Source: a virus
DNA length: 39,688 nt
Reading direction: 5' to 3' (one strand)
Virus record (IMG/VR): IMGVR_UViG_3300012933_000034
Span: 1-39,688 of that record
Below the pieces are notes generated by a model. The model was not told the DNA's origin. It saw only the letters and a list, made by a program, of their open reading frames with translations, and searched no databases. A program made the position numbers and the translations under genes. Positions 19,272 through 28,189 of the stretch are shown here, in pieces (the stretch's first letter is position 1; each line of letters opens with the position of its first letter).

Positions 19272-21474
19272 TTACACAGGTATTGCCGCTGCTGGTGCGG
19301 TATCTAACGGTGGCGGCAAAGCCAATAGTTCATCTGATGTCTTGGCAACAGCGCGTAGCCGTCTAGACCAAGCTATTTCTGCATTGTCAGAAAGCCGTGA
19401 AGACGAAATTGACGATTTACGCTTTTATGCTGGTTCACCAGACAACCAATGGCAATGGCCTGCTGACGTTTTGGCTACTCGCGGTGCTGTTCAGGGCCAA
19501 ACCATCAACGCTCGACCCACTCTGACTGTCAACAAATTGCCACAACACGTTCGTCAAGTGACGAATGATCAGCGTCAGAATCGCCCAGGCGCTAAGGTTA
19601 TCCCCGTGGATGACAACGCTGACGTTGAAGTGGCAGAGATTTTCAACGGCATGATTCGCCATATTGAGTACATCTCTGATGCTGATGTGGCTTACGACAC
19701 AGCTTGCGAAAACCAAGTGGCCTACGGTGAAGGCTACATTCGCATCTTGACTGAGTATTGCGACCCTGCCTCGTTCAACCAAGACATCAAGATTGGTCGA
19801 ATCCGCAACTCTTTCTCGGTCTACATGGACCCGTTGATTCAAGACCCAACTGGCGCAGATGCTAAGTGGTGCTTCATCACCGAAGACATCCCCAAAGCAC
19901 AGTATGAGCGTGAATATCCAAATTCAGCGCCTATCTCTACTTTGCAGTCTTTGGGCGTGGGTGACCAATCAATCAGCAACTGGCTGAACGAAGATACAGT
20001 CCGAATCGCTGACTACTACTACATTGAATACGAAAAGCGCACCCTGCACCTGTACCCAGGTAACGTGACCGCTTTTGAAGGGTCAATGGAAGACAAGCAA
20101 CTCAAAGTCTTGTACGGCAAGCCTAAGAACAAGCGTATTGTTCAAGACCCAAAAGTCAAATACTGCAAGATCAACGGATACGAAATCCTTGAAGAAGCAG
20201 AATGGGCTGGTAAATGGATTCCTGTTGTCCGTATTGTGGGCAACGAGTTTGAAGTTGACGGTCGTTTGTACGTTTCGGGCCTTGTGCGTAACGCCAAAGA
20301 TGCCCAACGTATGTATAACTATTGGGTCAGCCAAGAAGCCGAAATGTTGGCGCTTGCTCCAAAAGCTCCTTTCATTGGCTACGGTGGTCAGTTTGAAGGC
20401 TACGAAGAAAAGTGGAAGACAGCCAACACCAACAACTGGCCTTATTTGGAAGTCAACCCTGACGTTACCGATGGCGCTGGCAACATCTTGCCGCTTCCAG
20501 CTAGAGCGCAGCCACCTATGGCTTCTAGCGGTTTGCTTCAGGCTAAGTCTGGTGCGGCTGAAGACATCAAGTCAACTACTGGTCAGTACAACGCTTCTTT
20601 GGGCATGGGGTCAAATGAGCGTTCTGGCAAAGCTATTCTTGCTCGTCAACGTGAAGGTGACGTAGGAACTTACCACTATGGTGACAACCTTGCCCGTGGC
20701 GTTCGTCACATTGCCCGTCAATTGATTGACCTAATCCCCAAAATCTACGATACAGAGCGCATTGCCCGTGTTATCGGTGAGGATGGTGAGACAAAGATGG
20801 CAAAGATCAACCCTGAGCAACAAGAGCCAGTTAAGAAGATTATTGACGAACAAGGCGTTGTGATTGAAAAAATCTACAACCCTAGCGTTGGTAAGTACGA
20901 TGTGGTGGCTACGACAGGCCCAGGCTACGCAACCAAGCGCCAAGAGGCATTGGAAGCTATGGCTGTTCTCTTGCAAGGCAATCCTAGCTTGTGGTCTGTG
21001 GCTGGTGACTTGTTCGTTAAGAACATGGATTGGCCTGGCGCACAAGAGATGGCTGCTCGATTCAAGAAAACCATTGACCCACAACTGTTGGCTTCTGGTG
21101 ACAAATCTCCTGAGTTGCAAGCCGCTGAACAACAGATTCAGGCTATGGGCGCAGAGATGGATGCTATGCACAACATGATCTCCAATGTTGGAAAATCCAT
21201 TGAAGTTCAGGAAATGCAACGCAAAGACTTTGAAGCTCAAGTCAAGGCGTTTGATGCTGAAACTAAGCGTCTAACCGCTGTTCAAGCCAGTATGTCGCCC
21301 GAACAAATCCAAGACATTGTGTTGGGTACGGTTCACGGCATGATTACTTCTGGTGACCTGCTGGCTGAAATGCCAGGCCAAGATGTGGATGTCGGCATGG
21401 AAATGCCACAAGAAGACAGGGAACAAATGTCTCCTGAGCAGATGATGCAGCAACCTATGGAGCCACAACAATGA
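19264..21474 (+). CDS. Portal protein (736 aa) with a long C-terminal coiled-coil (P22-type barrel)
   Basis: Size and position after terL. The C-terminal ~130 aa are heptad-rich (ELQAAEQQIQAMGAEMDAMHNMISNV...) and end in an acidic/Gln-rich tail. Confidence 0.85.
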   Translation: MADYTGIAAAGAVSNGGGKANSSSDVLATARSRLDQAISALSESREDEIDDLRFYAGSPDNQWQWPADVLATRGAVQGQTINARPTLTVNKLPQHVRQVTNDQRQNRPGAKVIPVDDNADVEVAEIFNGMIRHIEYISDADVAYDTACENQVAYGEGYIRILTEYCDPASFNQDIKIGRIRNSFSVYMDPLIQDPTGADAKWCFITEDIPKAQYEREYPNSAPISTLQSLGVGDQSISNWLNEDTVRIADYYYIEYEKRTLHLYPGNVTAFEGSMEDKQLKVLYGKPKNKRIVQDPKVKYCKINGYEILEEAEWAGKWIPVVRIVGNEFEVDGRLYVSGLVRNAKDAQRMYNYWVSQEAEMLALAPKAPFIGYGGQFEGYEEKWKTANTNNWPYLEVNPDVTDGAGNILPLPARAQPPMASSGLLQAKSGAAEDIKSTTGQYNASLGMGSNERSGKAILARQREGDVGTYHYGDNLARGVRHIARQLIDLIPKIYDTERIARVIGEDGETKMAKINPEQQEPVKKIIDEQGVVIEKIYNPSVGKYDVVATTGPGYATKRQEALEAMAVLLQGNPSLWSVAGDLFVKNMDWPGAQEMAARFKKTIDPQLLASGDKSPELQAAEQQIQAMGAEMDAMHNMISNVGKSIEVQEMQRKDFEAQVKAFDAETKRLTAVQASMSPEQIQDIVLGTVHGMITSGDLLAEMPGQDVDVGMEMPQEDREQMSPEQMMQQPMEPQQ

Positions 21475-21833
21475 ACGCAGCTCAATTCGTAGGTTTACTG
21501 TTCTTGGGCCGCAATGTGGCTCATTCAGTTCACCTAAACACTCGCAGTTACTCAAAGCACAAGGCGCTTGGTCACTTTTATGAAGATGTGATTGAGCTAG
21601 CGGACAAGTTTGCAGAAGCCTATCAAGGCCGTCATGGTCTAATTGGCCCTATTGCTATCCCTGCAAGCAAAAAAACAGCCAACATTATTGAGTTCCTACA
21701 AGGTCAACTTGATGAGATTGAAAAAGGCCGTTACGATGTATGCGAAAAAACAGACACTCCAATTCAAAACATCATTGATGAAATCATCGGATTGTATTTG
21801 TCCACAATCTACAAACTGAGGTTTCTAGCATGA
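21471..21833 (+). CDS. Dps/ferritin-like four-helix-bundle protein (120 aa)
   Basis: LFLGRNVAHSVHLNTRSYSKHKALGHFYEDVIELADKFAEAY resembles the Dps helix A-B pattern (H..H..T....H..L..FY). Confidence 0.45.
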   Translation: MNAAQFVGLLFLGRNVAHSVHLNTRSYSKHKALGHFYEDVIELADKFAEAYQGRHGLIGPIAIPASKKTANIIEFLQGQLDEIEKGRYDVCEKTDTPIQNIIDEIIGLYLSTIYKLRFLA

Positions 21834-22615
21834 CAACACCATACGTTTCTCAGACGCAATACGGTAAAAATGAAGCATTTGATCTTCAAGTGTCGCGTGG
21901 GCAAGTTCAGGGTCACAGTGCTGTAACTTTCAGTGGTTACAACACCGACATTGACACCACTTGGGAGAGTTTGATCCCTTCGGGTGGCGTGATTGTTTAC
22001 CCGACAAGCGCTGAACAAATGAAAGTTAGTTCGTCTAGCGCCAACGATACCGCTGCTGGCACTGGTGCTCGCACAATCACGATCACAGGACTTGATGCGT
22101 CTTGGAACGAGATCAGTGAAGTGGTAACAATGAATGGTCAAACTACTGTTCTCACAACTAATTCATTTTTGCGAATCAATGGTTTGAGTGTGACCACCGC
22201 AGACGGTTTGCTTGCAAACGCTGGCAATATTTATGTGGGTAACGGCGTTGTGACAGCAGGTGTACCTGCGACGATTTATGACATGATCCCAGCAGGGTTC
22301 AACAATCGTCAAACTCACGCTTATACTATTCCTGCCAACTACACTGGTTATATAGTATCTGCGCGATTTGTTACCGCTCAGACCGCTGGTTCGGATGCAG
22401 TGTGGGCAAGATTGACAATGACAAACGCAGATGGTATCAAGCGATCCACGACTGTTGCACAAATGAACAACGGTATTTTGATTCTCCCAGTGGGTGTTCC
22501 GATTCGCATACTGGAAAAAACAACCATCGCTGGTGAAGGAATGGGGAACGCTGCGAACAATTCATGTTCGTCAGTGGTTCAGTTAATTTTGATCAAAAAC
22601 TCAACGGTGTATTAA
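21830..22615 (+). CDS. Hypothetical 261-aa beta-rich virion-module protein
   Basis: VSSSSANDTAAGTGARTITITGLDASWNEISEVVTMNGQTTV is a recurrent motif in podovirus structural regions. ATGA-coupled. Confidence 0.6.
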   Translation: MTTPYVSQTQYGKNEAFDLQVSRGQVQGHSAVTFSGYNTDIDTTWESLIPSGGVIVYPTSAEQMKVSSSSANDTAAGTGARTITITGLDASWNEISEVVTMNGQTTVLTTNSFLRINGLSVTTADGLLANAGNIYVGNGVVTAGVPATIYDMIPAGFNNRQTHAYTIPANYTGYIVSARFVTAQTAGSDAVWARLTMTNADGIKRSTTVAQMNNGILILPVGVPIRILEKTTIAGEGMGNAANNSCSSVVQLILIKNSTVY

Positions 22616-22618
22616 AAA

Positions 22619-22885
22619 ATGGCATATTTCAAACAAGGCAATGCGGATTCGCAAATCAAAGTTGGCGCAGGCAAACTGTTTGGCGTTTTCGTTTCTAGCA
22701 CGACTAGCGGCACTTTTGCTCTGTACGACAGCGCAACTGCAAGCACTAGCGACCCCAAAATTGTGGCGACAGTTACCGTTGCCGCAGGCACTCAATATGT
22801 GAGCTTTCCTGCTGGCTTGTGGTTTAGCAAAGGTCTGTATATCGACATTGCTAATACCATTGAGTACACTGTTGCTTACGAATAA
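22619..22885 (+). CDS. Hypothetical 88-aa beta-rich protein
   Basis: ORF 4 nt after the previous stop. Ser/Thr/Ala-rich. Confidence 0.6.
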   Translation: MAYFKQGNADSQIKVGAGKLFGVFVSSTTSGTFALYDSATASTSDPKIVATVTVAAGTQYVSFPAGLWFSKGLYIDIANTIEYTVAYE

Positions 22886-22949
22886 TTTTTGATGTAATAT
22901 CAAACCACTCTATCGGCGGGGTTCACCGAGGAATCTTAGGATTCAATAA

Positions 22950-23738
22950 ATGACTGATGAAGTCCAAAACCTAGCGGAAGTTGACTCCGCGCCAGTTCCT
23001 GAAGTGACGACCACTCCTGAACCTGTAGAACAAAAGTCGGTAGTTGCTGATGAAAGCACAGAACAGCCTGTTGAGGAAAAGAAGTACTCTCAAGCTGAAA
23101 TTGATGCAATGATTGGCAAACGCCTCGCAAGAGAGCAACGTAAGTGGGAACGTGAACAAGCGCAACGATCTGTTGAAAGACAAGTCGCGCCAAGCGAAAT
23201 TCCAACGCCTGACCAGTTTCAGTCGCCTAATGACTATGCGGAGTTCATCCGTTTAGAGGCTGACAAGCTAGTCCAGCAACGGGAAGCAGCTCGGCAACAG
23301 TCGCAAGTTCTAGAAAGCTATCAAGAGCGTGAAGAGCAGGCTCGGGACAAATATGATGACTTTGAACAAGTCGCATATAACCCTAACCTTCCGATCACAA
23401 ACGTGATGGCAGAGACAATCCAACATTCTGACATTGGCCCTGAGTTAGCTTACTATCTCGGAACCAATCCAAAGGATGCGGAGCGTATTTCTCGCCTGTC
23501 GCCCTATATGCAAGCAAAAGAGATTGGCAAGATTGAAGCTAAATTAGCTGATAACCCGCCGATCAAAAAAACGACTTCTGCGCCAGCACCGATTTCGCCT
23601 GTTACCGCACGAACTACTGGTTCGCCAGCCTTGGACACTACGGACCCGCGCTCTATCAAGAGCATGACAACTTCGCAGTGGATTGAAGCTGAACGTGCAA
23701 GACAGATGAAGAAGTGGGAAGCGCAGCGTAACCGCTAA
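22950..23738 (+). CDS. Scaffolding protein (262 aa)
   Basis: Acidic, Glu/Gln/Arg-rich helical protein immediately upstream of the coat gene, in the P22 gp8 position. Confidence 0.7.
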   Translation: MTDEVQNLAEVDSAPVPEVTTTPEPVEQKSVVADESTEQPVEEKKYSQAEIDAMIGKRLAREQRKWEREQAQRSVERQVAPSEIPTPDQFQSPNDYAEFIRLEADKLVQQREAARQQSQVLESYQEREEQARDKYDDFEQVAYNPNLPITNVMAETIQHSDIGPELAYYLGTNPKDAERISRLSPYMQAKEIGKIEAKLADNPPIKKTTSAPAPISPVTARTTGSPALDTTDPRSIKSMTTSQWIEAERARQMKKWEAQRNR

Positions 23739-23755
23739 CTTTTAAAGGACAACAA

Positions 23756-24958
23756 ATGTCAAACAGTATCTTAACGATCGACATGATCACCCGTAAGGCT
23801 CTCGAAATTCTCGAGAACAACCTTGTTATCACCCGTAACGTGAACCGTCAGTATGATGACAGCTTCGCAGTTAAAGGTGCACAAATCGGTTCAACTCTGC
23901 GTATTCGCTTGCCCGATCGCGCTTTGGTGACTGATGGCGCTGCCTTGCAAGTGCAAGACGACAACGAACAGTACACAACTCTGACCGTTTCTAGCCAAAA
24001 GCACATCGGTGTCAACTTCACATCTGCTGAATTGACCATGCAATTGGACGACTTCGCAGAGCGCGTGTTGAAGCCTCGTATCAGCCAATTGGCATCGTCT
24101 ATCGACGCTGACGTGGCTAACGCTTACAAAACCATCGGTAACTCTGTTGGTACTCCCGGCACTACTCCTTCAACTTCTTTGGTCTTGTTGCAAGCCCAAC
24201 AAAAGCTGAACGAAAACGCTGCTGTGATGTCTCCACGTTACGCTACCGTGAACCCTGCTGCTAACGCTGGCTTGGTTGAAGGCATGAAAGGTCTGTTCAA
24301 CCCAACAGACACTATCAGCAAGCAATTCAAGAACGGCATGATGGGTACTGGCGTGTTGGGCTTTGACGAGATCAATATGTCTCAGTCTATCAAGCAGTTC
24401 ACAACTGGTTCTCGCGCTGCTACTGGTGGCACAACTTCTGCCGCTGTCACTTCTGAAGGCGCAACTACCATTTCTATGACTGTTGGCTCTGGCGTGACCG
24501 TGAAGCAAGGTGATGTGTTTACTATCGCTGATTGCTACGCTGTGAACCCACAAACCCGTGAATCCACTGGTTCGTTGTTCCAGTTCGTTGCTGCCGCTGA
24601 CGCTACTGCTGTTAGCACTGCCATCACTGTGACCGTGGCTCCTATCTACTCTGCCTCTAATGCTTTGGCTACTGTGGATACATTGCCAGCAACTAGCAAG
24701 GCCGTGGTGTTCGTTGGTGCTGCTTCTACTGTGTACCCACAAAACTTGGTGTACCACAAAGATGCAATCACCTTCGCTACTGCCGACTTGCTCTTGCCAC
24801 AAGGTGTAGACATGGCTTCTCGCGCTGTTCACAACGGTATTTCTCTCCGTGTGGTCCGTCAGTACGACATCAATAACGACCGTATGCCTTGCCGTATTGA
24901 TGTTCTCTACGGCTACAGCACGATTCGCCCACAAATGGGTGTTCGTCTGTGGGGCTAA
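23756..24958 (+). CDS. Major capsid protein, P22 coat (gp5) family (400 aa)
   Basis: ITRKALEILENNLVITRNVNRQYDDSF...FTSAELTMQLDDFAERVLKPRISQLASSIDADV matches the P22-coat family N-arm pattern. Strong AAAGGA RBS and a terminator downstream. Confidence 0.85.
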   Translation: MSNSILTIDMITRKALEILENNLVITRNVNRQYDDSFAVKGAQIGSTLRIRLPDRALVTDGAALQVQDDNEQYTTLTVSSQKHIGVNFTSAELTMQLDDFAERVLKPRISQLASSIDADVANAYKTIGNSVGTPGTTPSTSLVLLQAQQKLNENAAVMSPRYATVNPAANAGLVEGMKGLFNPTDTISKQFKNGMMGTGVLGFDEINMSQSIKQFTTGSRAATGGTTSAAVTSEGATTISMTVGSGVTVKQGDVFTIADCYAVNPQTRESTGSLFQFVAAADATAVSTAITVTVAPIYSASNALATVDTLPATSKAVVFVGAASTVYPQNLVYHKDAITFATADLLLPQGVDMASRAVHNGISLRVVRQYDINNDRMPCRIDVLYGYSTIRPQMGVRLWG

Positions 24959-24966
24959 TCTGAAAC

Positions 24967-24983
24967 GGGGCTTCGGCCCCTTT
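24967..24983 (+). terminator. Hairpin GGGGC-TTCG-GCCCC plus TTT after the coat gene
   Basis: Read directly. UUCG tetraloop. Confidence 0.6.
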
Positions 24984-25014
24984 CATCGTTTTACATTTTT
25001 AAAGGATATTTATC

Positions 25015-25425
25015 ATGGCACTCCCAAACGGCGCTGGCGGTTATCAAATCGGTGACGGCAACCTGAACGAAGTCAACATCGGCGTTCAAGCCGCTCCCCC
25101 CACAGCTACTGCGACTGCAACTCTGACTGTTGCTCAAATCACTGGTGGCATCTTGCTCGGTTCACCTGGCTCATCTGCTGCTGCTTACACTTTGCCTACA
25201 GGCACTAGCGTGGACTCTACTGTGTCTAGCGCTAAAGTGAACAGCTCGTTTGATTTCAGCGTGATTAACGTGGACGGTTCTTCTTCTGGCGTCATCACCA
25301 TGACTGCTGGTACAGGCTGGACTATCGTTGGCTTGGCTACTATTGCTGCTACTGCTGGTACAGCAGGCAAGTTCCGCGCCCGTAAAACTGGCGATGGCAC
25401 TTGGACTTTGTACCGCTTGGCCTAA
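25015..25425 (+). CDS. Hypothetical 136-aa protein, capsid decoration candidate
   Basis: Strong RBS. Bracketed by two hairpins directly after the coat gene. Ala/Thr/Gly-rich beta protein. Confidence 0.6.
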   Translation: MALPNGAGGYQIGDGNLNEVNIGVQAAPPTATATATLTVAQITGGILLGSPGSSAAAYTLPTGTSVDSTVSSAKVNSSFDFSVINVDGSSSGVITMTAGTGWTIVGLATIAATAGTAGKFRARKTGDGTWTLYRLA

Positions 25426-25430
25426 ACCTA

Positions 25431-25456
25431 AATGGGGGCTTCGGCTCCCATTTTTT
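25431..25456 (+). terminator. Hairpin AATGGGGGC-TTCG-GCTCCCATT plus T6
   Basis: 9-bp stem with one G-U pair, a UUCG loop and a T-run at 25451-25456. Confidence 0.7.
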
Positions 25457-25467
25457 AAGGAAACATC

Positions 25468-25797
25468 ATGCCTACAAACACCAAACCAATCGGCGTTGCT
25501 TACGAAGACCAGCAACTAGATGGCGCAATCATGGGTAAAGCTGGCGGTACTGCTGGTTTTTATGGTACAACTCCTGTAGCTCAAGGCGCTGCTTTGACTG
25601 CTCAGTTGACCACAATCACCAATACTGCCCCAGGTACACCTGACTACGCAATCCAAGATTTGACACAGACTACCCCTTTTGGCTTTGTAACCAAAGACGA
25701 AGGTAATTCTGTTTTGGCCGTGATTGCCAACTTGCAAGCTCGTCTTGCTCAAGTTGAATCGCGCCTTGAAACAATCGGTTTGATTGCTTCTAACTAA
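25468..25797 (+). CDS. Hypothetical 109-aa virion-module protein
   Basis: AAGGA RBS. AGFYGTTPVAQ and a C-terminal helix (LQARLAQVESRLETIGLI) are recurrent in head-module proteins. Confidence 0.6.
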   Translation: MPTNTKPIGVAYEDQQLDGAIMGKAGGTAGFYGTTPVAQGAALTAQLTTITNTAPGTPDYAIQDLTQTTPFGFVTKDEGNSVLAVIANLQARLAQVESRLETIGLIASN

Positions 25798-25798
25798 A

Positions 25799-25820
25799 AA
25801 TAAGGCCTTCGGGCCTTATT
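25799..25820 (+). terminator. Hairpin AATAAGGCC-TTCG-GGCCTTATT
   Basis: Perfect 9-bp stem with a UUCG loop. The downstream U-tract is weak. Confidence 0.5.
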
Positions 25821-25833
25821 CTTAAGGACATAA

Positions 25834-26022
25834 ATGCCAGTTATCTACATGAAACATGAACGTCATGGCGCTAAAGTGGCGAACATGGAAGAAGAAGCCG
25901 TTGCAGACGAGAAAAACGGTTGGGTGCGATATACTCTTGATACACCTTCTGAAGAAGAAGTGGCTCCCGTGAACGTGCTGGAAGTAAAGCGCCGAAAAAA
26001 ATCTGCTGAAGTAATAGCATAA
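25834..26022 (+). CDS. Hypothetical 62-aa acidic protein
   Basis: TTAAGGA RBS. In the operon frame. Confidence 0.55.
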   Translation: MPVIYMKHERHGAKVANMEEEAVADEKNGWVRYTLDTPSEEEVAPVNVLEVKRRKKSAEVIA

Positions 26023-26033
26023 GGAGCTTCGTC

Positions 26034-26747
26034 ATGGCTACATATACGGCTGGCGATCAAATCAATAGAGCCTTGCGCTTGCTAGGTGTGCTTGCTGAAG
26101 GTGAAACTCCTTCTGCTGCTATGTCGCAAGATGCTTTGATGTCTATGAATCAGATGATTGATTCATGGAATACTGAGCGCTTATCTGTATTTGTGACGCA
26201 AGATCAAGTGTTTACTTGGCCTTCTGGTGAGATTAGCCGCACACTAGGTCCAACTGGCGACTTTGTGGGCAATCGACCTGTTTTGATGGATGATGCAACC
26301 TACTACAAAGCGCCCAATGGCGTGTCGTATGGCATCAAGTTTATCAACCAGCAACAATACAACGGTATTGCCGTTAAAACCGTAACGTCTACTTACCCGC
26401 AAGTTTGTTGGGTAAACATGGGCTTTCCTGACATTACGCTGACTGTCTATCCAAGACCTACTCAAGACTTGGAATGGCACATGGTTTCCGTTCAGGAATT
26501 AGATCAGCCAGCCACATTGGTTACTGAACTACATTTCCCGCCAGGCTACATGAGAGCCTTTGCTTACAACTTGGCAATGGAAATTGCGCCTGAGTATGGC
26601 ATTGAGCCACCACCACAAGTTCAGCGCATTGCAATGACTTCTAAGCGTGACTTGAAGCGCATCAACAATCCTGACGATGTGATGGCTTTGCCTTACGCTA
26701 TGGTGGCTAACCGCCAACGATTCAACATCTACGCTGGTAACTACTAA
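26034..26747 (+). CDS. P22 gp4-like head-to-tail adaptor (237 aa)
   Basis: [39 protein letters not shown] matches P22 gp4 [55 protein letters not shown] matches FHNLACRIAPDYA. Confidence 0.7.
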   Translation: [237 protein letters not shown]

Positions 26748-28189
26748 TGGATTCCCCAATCCTTGGCTCATGCTATGTGGCTCGTAGCGTTAATGCTGCG
26801 GATAACCGCATGGTTAATCTGTACCCTGAAATTGTGCCTGAAGGCGGCAAAGAAGCCGCTTTCTTGTCTCGTTGCCCAGGTTTATTGCGTAAGGCTTCAG
26901 TTGGCACAGGCCCAATCCGAGGAATGTGGCAAATCAAGGGTGCAATGTATGCCGTTTCTGGCACAGGCTTCTACAAGGTAGAGGTTTATGGTCGTACACG
27001 CTTAAAAGGCACTTTGATTGGCACAGTTACAGGCACTGGTCCTGTTTCAATGTCTGACAACGGCACACAGATTTTCATTGCTTGTAACCCTGACGGATTT
27101 ATCTACAACACAGACACAGAAGTGTTTGCTCAGATTACAGACCCAGACTTCCCTGGCGCTGTGACCGTTGGTTATCTTGATGGCTATTTTGTGTTCAACG
27201 AACCAGATAGCTCACGAGTGTGGGTGACATCGCTGCTTGACGGCTTGTCAATTGACCCATTGGACTTTGCTAGTGCAGAAGGTGACCCAGACGGATTGGT
27301 GTCATTGATCATTGACCACCGTGAAGCATGGCTATTCGGCACTAACTCAATTGAAGTCTGGTATGACGCTGGCTTGCCTGACTTTCCGTTGCAACGCATT
27401 CAAGGTGCTTTTAACGAAATTGGCTGTGCTGCGGCTTACTCGGTTGCCAAGCTAGATAATGGCATTTTCTGGTTGGGTTCTGATGCCCGTGGTCGTGGAA
27501 TTGTTTATCGTTCAAATGGTTACACAGGCGTTCGCATTTCTACTCATGCTATTGAATGGCAAATTCAAGAGTATGGCGACATCTCTGATGCTATTGGTTA
27601 CACCTATCAACAAGACGGTCATTCCTTCTATGTGCTGATTTTCCCAACAGCGCAGACTACTTGGGTCTACGATGTGGCAACTCAAGCATGGCATGAACGT
27701 GCTGGTTGGGATAACGGGCTTTTTGTGCGTCACCGTTCAAACTGTCAGGTTGTGTTCAACAACGAGGTGTTGGTGGGCGACTTTGAGAACGGCAACATTT
27801 ACGCCTACGATCTGAACATTTATGAAGACAATGGTGACATTCAGAAGTGGTTGCGTTCTTGGAGAGCTTTGCCAACAGGCACAAACGATCTAAAACGCAC
27901 ATCTCAGCACAGCTTGCAGATTGATTGTCAGACAGGCGTTGGAACTGATACAGGTCAAGGTAGCGACCCAAAGTTAATGTTGCGTTGGTCTGATGATGGT
28001 GGACATAGTTGGTCTAACGAGCATTGGATGTCTATGGGGAAAATCGGTGAATATTTTTACCGAGCCATTCAGCGCCGAATGGGAATGACTCTTAAATTGC
28101 GTGACCGTGTTTATGAAGTTTCAGGCACAGACCCTGTAAAAATAGCTATCATGGGCGCTCAATTAGATGTGACCGCCACAAATGCCTGA
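26747..28189 (+). CDS. P22 gp10-like tail hub protein (480 aa)
   Basis: Several collinear by-eye matches to P22 gp10, for example EGDPDGLVSLIIDHREAWLFGTNSIEVWYDAG with ESQPDGIIGIGTWRDFIVCFGSSTIEYFSLTG. Similar size (472 aa). TAATG coupling to the gp4-like gene. Confidence 0.75.
   Translation: MDSPILGSCYVARSVNAADNRMVNLYPEIVPEGGKEAAFLSRCPGLLRKASVGTGPIRGMWQIKGAMYAVSGTGFYKVEVYGRTRLKGTLIGTVTGTGPVSMSDNGTQIFIACNPDGFIYNTDTEVFAQITDPDFPGAVTVGYLDGYFVFNEPDSSRVWVTSLLDGLSIDPLDFASAEGDPDGLVSLIIDHREAWLFGTNSIEVWYDAGLPDFPLQRIQGAFNEIGCAAAYSVAKLDNGIFWLGSDARGRGIVYRSNGYTGVRISTHAIEWQIQEYGDISDAIGYTYQQDGHSFYVLIFPTAQTTWVYDVATQAWHERAGWDNGLFVRHRSNCQVVFNNEVLVGDFENGNIYAYDLNIYEDNGDIQKWLRSWRALPTGTNDLKRTSQHSLQIDCQTGVGTDTGQGSDPKLMLRWSDDGGHSWSNEHWMSMGKIGEYFYRAIQRRMGMTLKLRDRVYEVSGTDPVKIAIMGAQLDVTATNA

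Noticed and set aside
20075-21240. Alternative-frame and antisense ORFs inside the portal gene (20075..20665 +, 20731..21240 -, 20864..21178 +)
   Set aside because: They are nested within the 736-aa portal ORF. Their translations are basic and low-complexity. They are shadow ORFs.
24170-24934. A 254-aa minus-strand ORF inside the coat gene
   Set aside because: It is entirely antisense to a strongly supported P22-type coat gene. Its His/Ser/Arg/Val-rich composition is typical of a shadow frame, it has no RBS, and it fits no operon.
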